A stretch of DNA of 63,752 nucleotides, filler included, from Hausera hauseri (GCA_046269625.1; 11 parts of 11 records of this genome joined end to end with filler, not necessarily neighbours in it); one strand, 5' to 3'; positions 33,101 to 44,405 are shown, counted from the first letter of the whole stretch. The notes: generated by a model not told the origin, from the sequence alone. Numbers and translations: made by a program.

Positions 33101-34343
33101 TTAATTCCACTACGCTATTTATAGGTCCTTTAAGTAATTGCTGTGCGTGATTTATGCGTTCTGGAGTAGCTAACAAGAAATTCTCCAGTCTGTGTCGGTT
33201 AGCTGCCTCTCTGGTCAATGGGAGTGGTGGCAAGTTTCCCCCTTTTTGTTGAGGTAATTCGAAATAATTCTGTTCAATTGGTTTGACCTCTTTACGTTGT
33301 ATCTGTTTAGTAGGGTCTATTTTCCTTAGCTTAATATCGTTATACTCAGGGAATTTTGGACTTTCTTCTGATTGATGTTTTTCAATTTCCTCTCTTAGTC
33401 GTTTAATATTTTCTTCAGCTTCTTCCAACTTCTTACTTAAGGCGATATAACTCACGGGTGGCTGCATATTGCTTGTAGTCTGCATTTCCATTAAATCGGG
33501 ATATATTGTCGTTGTTGATATAGGTCTTGGTACGTCTTGAAACGAATTTCGCGGTAGTTTCTGTGGTATACTCACCATACTATTTATCGGACTAGTGTCC
33601 ATATCAATTACCGAAGGCAAGGGTACTTGTTTTCTTGCTTGATCATTCAAGGAAGAATTATCTATTTCCTCATCATCCACTATTATACGGCTATTAAACA
33701 TATAATAAACTAATATCGACAATAACATGATTGTACTGCTCCACGCATTTGTAGCTGTTGTCATGTGCGTTGGTTGGGCGTCCGCACATCCAAATATTAT
33801 AAGCAATATTAGCGTTAACAGGGTTATTGTCGACAACTTAAAAGGACTTCCGAAAATTGTAGATGGGGTATTAATTGTAGGTATTTCCATTACTCGTGTT
33901 TGTGTTATTTTTCGTGCTAGTGTAGACTCTGTATTCTGTTCACTTAACTGCTTTAATGTAACATAATTTAATGAGGGTGGAACAGTCTCCTCTCCTGGCG
34001 CAAACCACCATTGATCATTAGGTTGAGGCTTGGTATCCTGGTAACCTTCGCAGTTGAATACAATTGATCTTCCAATAACTTTGAGTTCTGCTCCCGTTAG
34101 TTTGTATAGTACATCTAAACCAATAATAAGATCAGAATACGACTCTTGTGGGTTGGCATAACAGGTAACATCAATATAACCTATAGTTAGATCTAATTTT
34201 CCGCATGCTTCGGGTATATAATGTGTAATTCGTCTATATAATCGCAAATTTATACGAGTCAGCGGAGTAGTGGTATCAAGTTCCGCATTAACATACTTAC
34301 CGTATACTTTAACCAATATTGGTATCAACAAAGGGTAATCATT
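30195..34343 (-). CDS. Giant modular polyprotein, part 1 (>1378 aa, open from the contig edge): degenerate retropepsin, two signal/TM units, two copies of an unknown repeat domain
   Basis: An uninterrupted 4.1-kb frame in AT-rich DNA. N-terminal VKVYGKYVNAELDTTTPLTRI...DLIIGLDVL resembles a retroviral aspartyl protease fold, with DTG changed to DTT. Confidence 0.85.
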   Translation of the reverse strand, partial: NDYPLLIPILVKVYGKYVNAELDTTTPLTRINLRLYRRITHYIPEACGKLDLTIGYIDVTCYANPQESYSDLIIGLDVLYKLTGAELKVIGRSIVFNCEGYQDTKPQPNDQWWFAPGEETVPPSLNYVTLKQLSEQNTESTLARKITQTRVMEIPTINTPSTIFGSPFKLSTITLLTLILLIIFGCADAQPTHMTTATNAWSSTIMLLSILVYYMFNSRIIVDDEEIDNSSLNDQARKQVPLPSVIDMDTSPINSMVSIPQKLPRNSFQDVPRPISTTTIYPDLMEMQTTSNMQPPVSYIALSKKLEEAEENIKRLREEIEKHQSEESPKFPEYNDIKLRKIDPTKQIQRKEVKPIEQNYFELPQQKGGNLPPLPLTREAANRHRLENFLLATPERINHAQQLLKGPINSVVELRDFLSRYHEKCGITDEQYRPIIKLVCEDLKLDFNASTALDTFFLKISCEEVYYTIPDLASPGKLQYHDYVAASQAIKIFKHHNINIGGRELINGVEEVKRVWNRRMGQPLDINLPPEQWMKIDRLQFAGNSIKYMDEIANETRAMHIQDLQEKNRKRESSGIKSYSTFSLGTLFLMGICLLSMISATEAVETVSHRSNSSWTSVLLWVFSLLMMSKFFSNNDDESYERLSKCKKPIKVTNSLNGTLDDEKQEGTHIANQETDKFSNQVPSEDTEIISSCTSTNTSIQEQLECLRQSPLEFPYEYQSIHNCINYDKLAKDLREICEMRLLSAQTFTPIELIQYIHTINWKLSKPEPADYDANDNEKQWIISKCLNHLSRYEPLFIGSKQERKFLIYYFGKEIPRISTNNTLALLQQTSPLCSKYVNQEKAKEIGERCIGLFQNFGGELVNTKTSNAFIINCWLTYTLMTIKDELKREEIEEMEEDEIRILWNIYLYRDIHTSLTKEDREEIDKVEQVNARGTSGRINALRYRLLFCLLDDNHQKVEMYRKEREDVINNCQSKRDKKKRKLSDTTKEIQQLDIFEEQNTCTYLSEEPSKMEKNEDSLCDNSEVEGNDDLMEPNNNIEMDNFVKIPEQGESKKPINIGPIPSKGLCILTSMEFLRIVSALKFDWDKCFGGQRIVCAPNFNRDRRRGKQGFEIPDDMDKTILIIDEPKVSAMESSFRFPYGHQTFKNCTNYDKLVRILRINSGPQTNRIYNNNFELYKETPSTSNHSDYKYIRKYEPLFIGSAQDRILFINTTNEKKLQLPNIDMFMLLRQTSPMCEKFINQEKARKIGKKCIGLYKNFGAELVNKTTSDLFVVNCWLTYVLMTIKDELTKEKVEEMEKEEARILWNGYLLRNEDTPLTEEDSIEINRLERINEKGLTGNLNALRYRMLFCMLNDDQALAEPFEREREEYICNQEIQEDELS

Positions 34344-34443
34344 NNNNNNNNNNNNNNNNNNNNNNNNNNNNNNNNNNNNNNNNNNNNTTAATTAATTAAN
34401 NNNNNNNNNNNNNNNNNNNNNNNNNNNNNNNNNNNNNNNNNNN

Positions 34444-34519
34444 ATGTATGTATGTATGTATGTATGTATGTATGTATGTATGTATGTATGTATGTATGTA
34501 TGTATGTATGTATGTATGT
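34444..34519 (+). repeat. (ATGT)n microsatellite, about 19 units
   Basis: Seen directly at the contig start. Confidence 0.97.
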
Positions 34520-35289
34520 TTTATCTCTCCTCTGTGCAATATAAAAACTCAAAAGAGAGCCAATCAACAGGAAGATAACTGATCATCAGAAGAACCCCTT
34601 TGTTTCCGACCTCGCTTCTGGACACTCTATGGGGTCCTGACTCCCAGGTGTCGTCTTCCTGTTGATATTATTTGTCCTTCCACCTCATGTTAACCAGATG
34701 TCTATGTCATTTGGATTTGGTGATAGCTTGAGGACCACATTCCTCGGGCAAAATTCTAACAACGACTACCCAACGTGATAACTGCGAAAAATCTCCCGTA
34801 TCTCTCGAGACTAAAGAGTCAGACTCCGCAACCGACACTTTCCGTTTCGGTGCTCTCCGTGAAACTCAGGCAGTTTCTTTCTTAATCAGGAAATATTCGA
34901 TCTGTGGTTCGATTTGAGCCTTTTTTAACCGCCCTTTATGGTGTGTTTGAAATATCTGGTTGTTGCAGCTTCGCCCGTAAACGAAGTGTTAAAACAACTA
35001 CCTAGCATGAATCTGACATATTTGTTCACGCCTTGATAGCCACGAGAACCGGACTCAATAAAAGTGGCAAAATTGCCTGTTTTTGACGCCTGAATGAACA
35101 AGTATAGCTGATTGAATTCGACATCACCCTAATCAATGCCTTGTACCCTAACCCGCCGCACGTGGTTACTAAGTTCTTGCGGGTGTGAAAGGCCTTTGCT
35201 TGGGTGGTTAGACTGTATTTCGCTTTGCTGATCTTAACAGACAGTTTTTTTCCTCACATTCACACGTCAGTCCATGCCAAGCTGCATTT

Positions 35290-36360
35290 GCTCTATAGCC
35301 ACCCGGGAGCCTGTTCTGTTATGTCTCTTATTCTCTTGAGTGCCTTGGATATTGCCTGCCCCTTCGGCCCTAATTGCTTCATGATATCGTACATCGATAC
35401 TGTGACCAGACCGCGGGCCCCGACTTCCACGGCTAACGTTCTCGTTTAATAACCCTTCTGTCTTATTTCGCTGGTCAGGTCGTTATACTTTGACATTTTT
35501 AAAGTGTGCAGTTATTCGAAGGGTACTGTGAGCTCTATCATTATGAGATGCATTGCCGAGGACGAACTCACCACTATGTCTGGTCTCAACCGCGTCGGTC
35601 TGATGACATCGGGGTATGGCCCTCGATCCGTAAGATCTACCGTAGTCTCCCAGGCACTGGTACTGTCGAGAAGTGATGGCATATTAGACCTGGAAGGCTG
35701 GGGTCTCCATGTTGGCCAGCAGGCAGGAAGTATGAATAGCAGCTTGTCTTCGTGGGTTTAACTCTCCTGTTTGCTTTCTTTACTCCCATGTCTACTGTAT
35801 TGTGACTGCTAACTCACCAAGGACTGAGTTGTGCCCCCATGTGTTGCTAATGAAATCTTGCAGCTAGTCAATGCGTGCTCCAGCGTTGATCTCTCGCGGC
35901 ACAATGGGCACAAGGGGTCTTCTGACTTCCCCCACTTCACAAGGTTGGTGGCCTAAGGTAACAGGTCGTAAGTCGCCCTGACTATGAAGCTTAGTCGGAG
36001 TGCCATGGGCCAAATGTCGTTTACGGTTAGAGATCTCTTCAGTGCATCTTCCCATGTTGTCCTCTGCCCTTGCTGGCCTTGCTGCACGTACGGCCTTTTG
36101 CGCCCTTATTGCATCTTCGTCCTCGCAAATTTCCTGGACAACCATGTCTCTTCGTCTTCTTTTCGATGCTTTAGACCAGCACAGCCGAAGATTGTTCGTC
36201 TGTGTATACCCAATGACATCTTTCAGCTTAACGGCTGCATTTGCCTGCTCTACAGCTTTTCCCACTTTCCACTTTCTGCCAGTTTTAGTTTTCAAGGTTG
36301 GCTGGACGGCCCCGATGACCTCGTCCTGTGAATCCAATAACAAAATCGCCATTCTTGTTT
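35290..36360 (-). mobile_element. 3' part of a restriction-like-endonuclease non-LTR retrotransposon (HERO/NeSL-like), decayed
   Basis: KTGRKWKV..AVEQA; YDLLP...NL..WGK.EDP.CPLC...LEH.LTSC (CCHC knuckle); HNSVL; RPDIVV......IELTVPFE; KY.DL; AVEVGARG. Confidence 0.85.
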
Positions 36361-37974
36361 TCCCAACACTATATTATATTATCTATTTGAACGGCATGTC
36401 AAGGTGCCAAAGTACCTACCACATAAAGGCATTCAGTCAGTTGAATACTATTCTGTCATCTTGTATCTTGTGGGCGTTTTCTCCTCGACAGTGGTGGAAT
36501 TTGATTTTTTTTTTCGGTTTGTATTTTGATGTAAGGCTAAGTCTTTGGTAAACATTCTGAAACGAAAACCTCGTAGTCAACGGGTATTCACCTTTGCTAA
36601 GGAATTCATGCTTTAGATTGAGTTCACAGTTTTTAACAGGAATGTGAGCGTATAGACAATATGAAATACCTTGTGTTTATCATTTAATAATAACTGCTTT
36701 AAGTAGAATATAATAAACCTCTGGAATAAAATACACGCAAATGATAAACGCAAAGTAATTTTTTGTGCAATATTATTGACTCAAATCATGAATTTATTTA
36801 ACAGCGGCTGTTGGTATAAAGGACGCATGTAAGTTGTTATTAACTATTTTTTAATTGTTACTTATGTCTATTTTGTTATTATTGTTATTACTGTTACCGT
36901 CGTTGTTTTGTTGAAGTAAAAATTTCAGAGAGCAGTTAATCAGTACCCTCACTAATGTCAAAAAGGCAGAAATAGTAGGCTTTGCAAAGAAAAATATGTT
37001 ATGCTTGAAATCCGATAATTAGAGATATCCATTATAATTTATCTACAGTGAAGGTTATTACTGTTGTAAAACGATTTATTCGCTGACTGACAGTTTCTAG
37101 GTATGGCATTCAAAGCTACCATACGTTCACGGAGTCGTGGTGTCCGTTGGCCGTTCCTACGAACTGTCCCTGTTCTACAGTACAACTCGTTCAGACAAAC
37201 GTTTCAGTTGGTCAAAGAAAAGCCTGTGCCGAAGACGGATGCACGGTGCCCGGACGCCATATTGCGACATCCATTACTTGATCCCATGTTCAAGCGCACA
37301 TAAACCGCTGTGCACCGCTTGAGCATGATTTATGTAATAGTTTTAAAATAAGAAAATGTCATGCCTTAGGTCACGTACAAGGTGGTTTTACAAGACTACA
37401 CCGAAAAATGCTATCTTCCTAAGCGACGGCACGTCAGGAATGAAAAGGTTGCCATTTAACTAACTGGCGGAAGCGCAGAAACGAAGTAGTACAAGGTAAA
37501 CAATTGTAGAGCTTTGTGGATATTTCTAGACGGATTGGAAGTTAATATGTCCATCCATGTTGATTGATTCACGCTGGTCAATATGAAAAAAAGTAATATA
37601 AATGTTCCCGAGTCATTACATTTTCCAGTTTTCTTTACACAAATCAGTAGAAAAGAAAATAACACTTCATGAAACTTCAATAGAAAACTCCAAAACAGAG
37701 AAAAATTAAATGCCATTGAAAATTCTCCGCATTTAGCAACAAAATAACGAATTATTTCGGGAATTAGAAGCTGCTTCTTGTTCTTTTTCGTTTGCTGTCC
37801 TCGGCCATGGATACAACTCCTCTTGAGACAGAATTAAGGGTGTCTTTCCTTCTCAAGTGTCTGAAGCTTCCATAGCACGGGAAACGAGTGCCCTGACGGT
37901 TCAAGTCTTTGGAAAAATATTTTGGGATTAAACGTTCGTATTTATCAGGCATCCACAAAAGTGCTTCGGAATTC

Positions 37975-38515
37975 ATGCTTCTCGTGTGGTATCTGCCATC
38001 TGATGTTATAAAAATTCCAAGGTATTTGAATTTCTGCACTTGTTTTTCTTTTGTCGAGTTTATCATTGCACAATGGTGGCTCTTTCTTCTTAGAGATTAT
38101 CACTGTTACTTTTTTGTGTTTAATTCTTTTCACTTTCAGTTATTTCCGTGTTAGCATCTCTTGTGAATCCTTTTAGTTCGTTACCATTAGCACAGTATCA
38201 TCTGCAAAGTGTAAGTTATTTAAACTATACCCACCAACTTTTAATCCGGGAATATCTGCCATTGATCTCATTATGTTTTCACTATAGATGGAGAACAGGT
38301 CTGTGGATAGAACACAACCCTGTCGTACACCCTGTTTTATCTCTTGGTATGGTCCTCTTGGTTTTCTATCTGTACAGCTGCCTTTTGTTGCCAGTACAAG
38401 TTCTTTATCGGTCTTAGATCTTTACCATCCACGTTTATGTCCTCTAGCATCTTAATAATTTCTTGATGTTTAACTTTTTCGAAAGCCTTGGTGTAGTCAA
38501 TAAAACACAAATATG
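37975..38515 (-). mobile_element. RTE-clade LINE reverse transcriptase fragment
   Basis: CFIDYTKAFEKVKH; NLYWQQKAAV; GVRQGCVLS..LF..YSE; NNLHFADDTVL; QVQKFKYLG.FITSDG. Confidence 0.88.
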
Positions 38516-41020
38516 ATAGGGCAGGTTTGGTGACTTCCAGAAACTACCGAGGCAACCCTGTCCGCCCCTTTCATAATTAGAGCATCATTGTTTGATATGA
38601 ATCTGTATGGCCTATGTTGGTTTTTACGTAGCTAGACTTGAGTTCCGGAATTTATTGAGACCACCCCATTCTTTTCACCTGGACATGCTGCATCTGGACA
38701 CACGCTTGCCAAGAACAGCAGTAGAACTAACGATCAGTTTCAGAAACTCATTCGAAAATATTTTATCCTGATTGTTGATGGGACATTCCCATAAATGCCC
38801 CGCATTTTCTCCGCATCTTCGCTCCAACCGCCACGGAGAGGAAACACACTTAAAGTGTGGTACCCTGATATGCATTTACTCTAAGCAGAACGTTTTGCTT
38901 TTTACAATATTACATGCTCATCGGCATTTGTAAAATGATCCTTGTACGATACTGATAGGATGCAGTGGCAACTCGTCAAAGTGAAAAAAAAAATAGTTGT
39001 TCACAAACTTTAATACTTCTACTACTCTCCCATTACAAAAACTACCACCGATAATAATAAACAATTTACATTTTTTTAATAGCATGATAGCGTTACTCAT
39101 TAAACAGCGTGGACTGTTGTAATTCTCTCGTCCTCCTGTGACAGAGTGAGATTTNNNNNNNNNNNNNNNNNNNNNNNNNNNNNNNNNNNNNNNNNNNNTT
39201 AATTAATTAANNNNNNNNNNNNNNNNNNNNNNNNNNNNNNNNNNNNNNNNNNNNCATGCGCTCGAGATTTATTAAATAAAAAAAAATAGTACAAGAAGTT
39301 GCCGATAGGTGGCGCTGTAGTTCAACAAGGCATTTTACAGATGTTCAATATGTTTGCCGTAAGTAGTCCAATACATCACGAAGCGGGGCGGTCGTGTTTT
39401 TCGCCGCTCCGCTTCAATCGTCATCATGCCCTTATTTTTGATACTACAATATTGTCTTTATATCACTGGATGCGTCTCGAAGTCATCTACATCGTGTACT
39501 ATTTCTTGTTTATGTAACTTAACAAAAAACCGTTAATTAGTTAATTAATCATTTTCAACCCATATCTTTTACATTGGAATTGTTCTAAAGCGTCATGGAA
39601 TGATAAAAAGCTTGCCAGATTCGTCTTGTAGTGAAACTTCAAAACATCGTAGCTCCACGACTATTCAAGATTTTTTCGAGCGACCAACACCAACATCTTC
39701 AGAAAAATCGCCGGAACAGGGTGACGTTGACTAATTAGCTGTGAGTTATTAATTTCCTCATAATTAAGTTTCTTTTAAACTATCACGTGACCTATACTGT
39801 TTAATCATCATAACTCTTCAAAAAATGAACTGTTTACCTTTGGATTTTTACCACATTGCCTTAACATCAAGACCTAGCCACTATTTAAATTTCGAAGGAA
39901 TATATTCATTATTTCTTTACTAATTAAGATTATTAATTTTTGCCGCCTTTTCTCTCAATCAGAATACGAAAAATTCGTCACATCTTTCGCATGCAAAGGT
40001 CTAATACAGAGTCTATGCTATATGTTAATAGCTCGCTTTTTGCACCTTTAAAGTCTAATAACTTCTGCATTTCTGCTTCAATATTATTAAGATTTACATC
40101 GTTGGATGCAGAAAATTCCTCTCTACAAGACTGTAAATTATCAAAAATCTTCTTTAATTACTCTCTGAATAATTAACATTCAAATGTTATCACGTGACCA
40201 TCAACAATCTTTAAATATCTTCTTTGGATGTCTACACTTCTATAATTTATTCAACGTACTCCTTTACAAGAATTCCAGCTATTGACCACAATTTGGTGCC
40301 ACAAATTTATTAATTACTCAAGAACTATTTATGTCAGAAGCTTATTTTTTCATCAGCACAGAAGTAAAAATCGCCTCCATCTATCTACGAATTTTCGAAC
40401 TGTTCTGATTTTTTTTAATAAAGGAGAAATTTGACAATCAAACTTATCACGTGACTTTTTAACCTCAAGAGTTCAGAACCAAAATGGAGTCTAGACATGT
40501 TAAACGTCAATCTTCTCTCAAGGTAACCGTATTGTTTGATAAACATTTCATTTATCGTCAATGTTTTCAAATATCCCTTATAATATGTTATTAACAACGA
40601 AGTAACCACTATATTGACGACCCTTTCTATGATTATGTAACCTTTTTGTACCCAGAACAGTTGTAAACAACTTCATTACATCATTACTAATCATACTATC
40701 TTTTTTACAACTGTCAAACCCTTGACTAGAAACAATCAACATTTTTGTCTCAATGGAATGACATAGCCCTCTTGCCTCTCTGAGGCCATTTTGTGTCTCT
40801 TTCGGACCTTGCTGCTAAACCTCTAAGAACTAACTTGCATTAAAGGAGTCATTAATATTATTATAATCTGTATATAAATACATTTATTCTACTTGTTTTC
40901 CCTATAATGGTACCCACCATAACTAAGTGTATCTTTCTACCTTTTATTGTATACTTGATTAATGTACCTCGCTTAACTATTTTCTTATCACCCCGCATGT
41001 TTCTCTTATACCTTACTTTT

Positions 41021-43675
41021 GGGAACGCCATTTTGTTTCCCCCTGCCTTACTTATACTTTTGGGACAGACATTTTGTTCCCTAAACCTTGAAAATCTTTT
41101 CTAAAGCCTTTGTTATTGAGCCTAGTTTCTCATTTTGGGGTAATAATTAGTTTTTTTTATGTGTTATTTACCATGTATTTATATCTAAACCTTTAATAGG
41201 GAAACGCCATTTTGTTTCCCCTTCCCTTGTTATTATGTGTTTGCCTAGTTTATCACTGTTTCTCTACTGTGTTATTATACCTTTTATTGTACATATTAAC
41301 TTTGTTACATCATTAATCTGGCTTCGCCATTTTGTTTCCCCTCCCTTGTTTATTTAATGTATGCCTGGCAGGATTTTATCTTTTCGGGAAAGACATTTTG
41401 TTTCCCACGCCTTGAAAACCTTTTCTAGAGTCATCGCTACTCTATTTTTAAGCCTTTGCTATTGAGCCTTGTTTCTCATTTTGGGGTAATATTTAGTTTT
41501 ATACGTGTTTAATTACCATGTACTTATATATAAACCTTCAATTGGGAAACGCCATTTTGTTTCCCCTTCCCTTGTTATTATTGTGTTTCTATACCTTTTA
41601 TTGTACATATTAACTCTGCTGCATCATCAATTTGGCAACGCCATTTTGTTTCCCTCCCCTGTTCATTTTATGTAGGCCTGGCAGCATTTTTCTTTTCGGG
41701 AAAGACATTTTGTTTCCCATGCTTTGAAAACCTTTTCTTGAGTCATAGCTACTCTAATTTCGGGAACGCCATTTTTGTTTCCCCCTCCCTCGATCACTAC
41801 GTGCATGCCTTGCTGCATAATTGACCTTTTTGGAGACACCGTTACTAAAAACTCTTTATAAGATTTAATTTATGTAATTATATAAACCATTGTTGTTTGT
41901 AATTATTGTTATTTTCAAGTGCTGTGTATCTTTCTAGTGTATTTTTAAAACATTTCATTGTGCATACTACTTTATTCCCCACTACCTTTACTAGGGAAAC
42001 CCTTTAATTTTGTTTTGACTTTACTTATATATCTGTACCTTGAACTTGACAATTTTAATCGGGAACATCATTTTGTTCCCACCCCCCTTTTTTCTAACTC
42101 TTTAGCCTCTTTATTCGGGAATAACACCTTGTTCCCCATTACCTTTACTAGGTAAAACCTATACTCGGGAAAATCACTTTGTCCCCTATTATCTTTATTT
42201 TGTGGATGACATTTTACAACGTATCTCTATAAGTATTTCATCTAGCAAAACCAAAACTATTTTGACAACCATTTAAATTAGTTTTTGTGAATGACATCTT
42301 ATAACGTATCTCTATAAGTATTTCATCCAGCAAAACCAAAACTATTTTGACAATCATTTAAATTCGGAAACACCATTTAGTTCCCCACCACCTTTACAAG
42401 GGTCAACCCTTTATTAGGGAATGCTATTTTTAATTTCGGGAACACCATTTAGTTCCCCACTACCTTTACAAGGGTCAACCCTTTATTCGGGATTGCTACT
42501 TTGTTCCCCACTACTTTTTTGACTTTACTTATATATCTGTACCTTAAACTTGACAATTTTAATTGGGAACACCATTTTGTTTCCCACCCCCCTTTTTTCT
42601 CACTCGTTTGCCTCTTTATTCGGGAATAACACCTTGTTCCCCATTACCTTTACTAGGAAAAACCTATACTCGGGAAATTCACTCTGTCCCCTATTTCTTT
42701 ATTTTGTGATTGACATTTTACAACGTATCTCTATAAGTATTTCATCTAGCAAAACCAAAACTATTTTGACAACCATTTAATTTAGTTTTTGTGAATGACA
42801 TCTTATAACGTATCTCTATAAGTATTTCATCCAGTAAAACCAAAACTATTTTGACAATCATTTAAATTCGGGAACACCATTTTGTTCCCCACCACCTTTA
42901 CAAGGGTCAACCCTTTATTCGGGAATGATATTTTTAAATTCGGGAACACCATTTAGTTCCCCACTACCTTTACAAGGGTTAATCATTTTTTCGGGAATGC
43001 TACTTTATTCCCCACTTCATTTTTATTTTATTTATTTATTTTTTTCTTAACTTTGCTTTGTTCACATGTTTTTAATATATTTTATTTTACATTCTAAGTT
43101 ATTGCTATACTATCTTAGCTACGGATTTGACTCCTTAACTCGGGAACGTCACTTTATTTCCCACCCCCTTTCATCAATCTTGACAACCTTTTCATTCGGG
43201 AATAACACTTTGTTCCCCACTACCTTTACCAGGGGATAACCCTTTGATCGGAAATGTTACTTTGTTCCCCTCTACATTTATTAAGACAATGTTACTAACT
43301 TATTTACAATTTTAGTCATGACATTTAATAAGCAAGTCTCATAAGCTACTTTGACCAAAACATGAATCCACTACTTGGGAATGCCATTTTGTTGCCCACT
43401 TCCTTTCCTTTATCAATGATACAAAAACTCATTTTTTAAACTCTGTCTTGATATCATGTTTTATCTTTACCCGGTTCGATTCACTCTCTCTTTGGACACG
43501 ACTCCTTAACTAGAGAATGCCATTTAATTTCCCACATACATTTATTTAGTAAACAATTTCTTGTAATTAGCAAAACCATAACTACTATGTCAACCTTTCA
43601 ATTCGGGAACACCATTTTGTTCCCCACTACCTTTACTAGGGACAACCCTATAATCGGGAATGCTACTTAGTTCCC
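41021..43675 (+). repeat. Complex array of about 30 GGGAAY-N8-RTTCCC hairpin motifs with higher-order duplications (units of about 340 bp and 504 bp)
   Basis: Copies at e.g. 41021, 41199, 41386, 41544, 41698, 41762, 42061, 42117, 42438, 42565, 42622, 42870, 42942, 42993, 43142, 43198, 43605, 43656. Segment 42010-42510 is nearly identical to 42515-43015. Confidence 0.9.
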
Positions 43676-43765
43676 TATTTCCTTTTCACATAAATTTTTA
43701 TTAATGTATGTCATCATTTGTCTAATGTATTTTATGTATCCTTTAACTGCCTTTATGGCAAAGAA

Positions 43766-44285
43766 TGTCACCTTGTTCTGCAGCACTTGTTATCATTCCT
43801 GTCGTCACCTTGTCTAATTCCAACTGTTCTGGAATTCACTGTACATTTTTGTTAATCTTTGACTCTCTTGTGATATAAATGTAACTCTTAGTTTCCAAAT
43901 AAAGGCCAGCCGGCGCCTGCACAAAATGCTCTAAGCTGAGCTTTGCTCGGCGAGTAGCAGGAGTTGGAATACAATATTTAATTCTCAACTAAGATCTTAC
44001 TGAGTCCTGCGTGACTCGATTAGCAAATGACTTGAGTCCTGCGAGACATAATTCTATCAAATGTAACCTTTCAGTTCTCCGATGAGTCCTGCGAGACTCA
44101 TTTCTGCCTTTGCTTTTATGGTCAACAACCTTCTTTGTAACTCATGTAACCTCTGTATTCTATTTGTAATTTTTGATACTAAATAAAATCCCCGGCGCCT
44201 GCACGAAATGCTCTAAGCTGAGCTCAGCTCGGCGAGTAGCAGGCGTTGGAATTCAATGACTGTAAGTAATCAGTATTTTGTGACA
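43766..44285 (+). mobile_element. Putative LTR (about 520 bp)
   Basis: TGTCAC...GTGACA inverted termini, internal TATAAA and two AATAAA, and a weak purine tract upstream. No PBS follows, consistent with a 3' LTR. Confidence 0.5.
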
Positions 44286-44405
44286 GCAAGATTTCGGTGA
44301 GATCGNNNNNNNNNNNNNNNNNNNNNNNNNNNNNNNNNNNNNNNNNNNNTTAATTAATTAANNNNNNNNNNNNNNNNNNNNNNNNNNNNNNNNNNNNNNN
44401 NNNNN

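Noticed and set aside
35120-35205. HDV-like ribozyme on the minus strand (CCCGC...ACCACGTGCGGCGGGT)
   Set aside because: I could not build a convincing P2 helix or catalytic J4/2 strand.
39255-39560. AGGTGGCGCTG CTCF-like motif or mariner-like end
   Set aside because: It is a single short motif at a contig edge, with no partner TIR or transposase.
41021-43675. CRISPR array
   Set aside because: The repeats are degenerate, spacer lengths vary from about 20 to 200 bp, spacers are themselves duplicated, there are no cas genes, and the context is eukaryotic.
44080-44105. Hammerhead at CCGATGAGTCC
   Set aside because: No downstream GAAA core; it folds as a simple hairpin.
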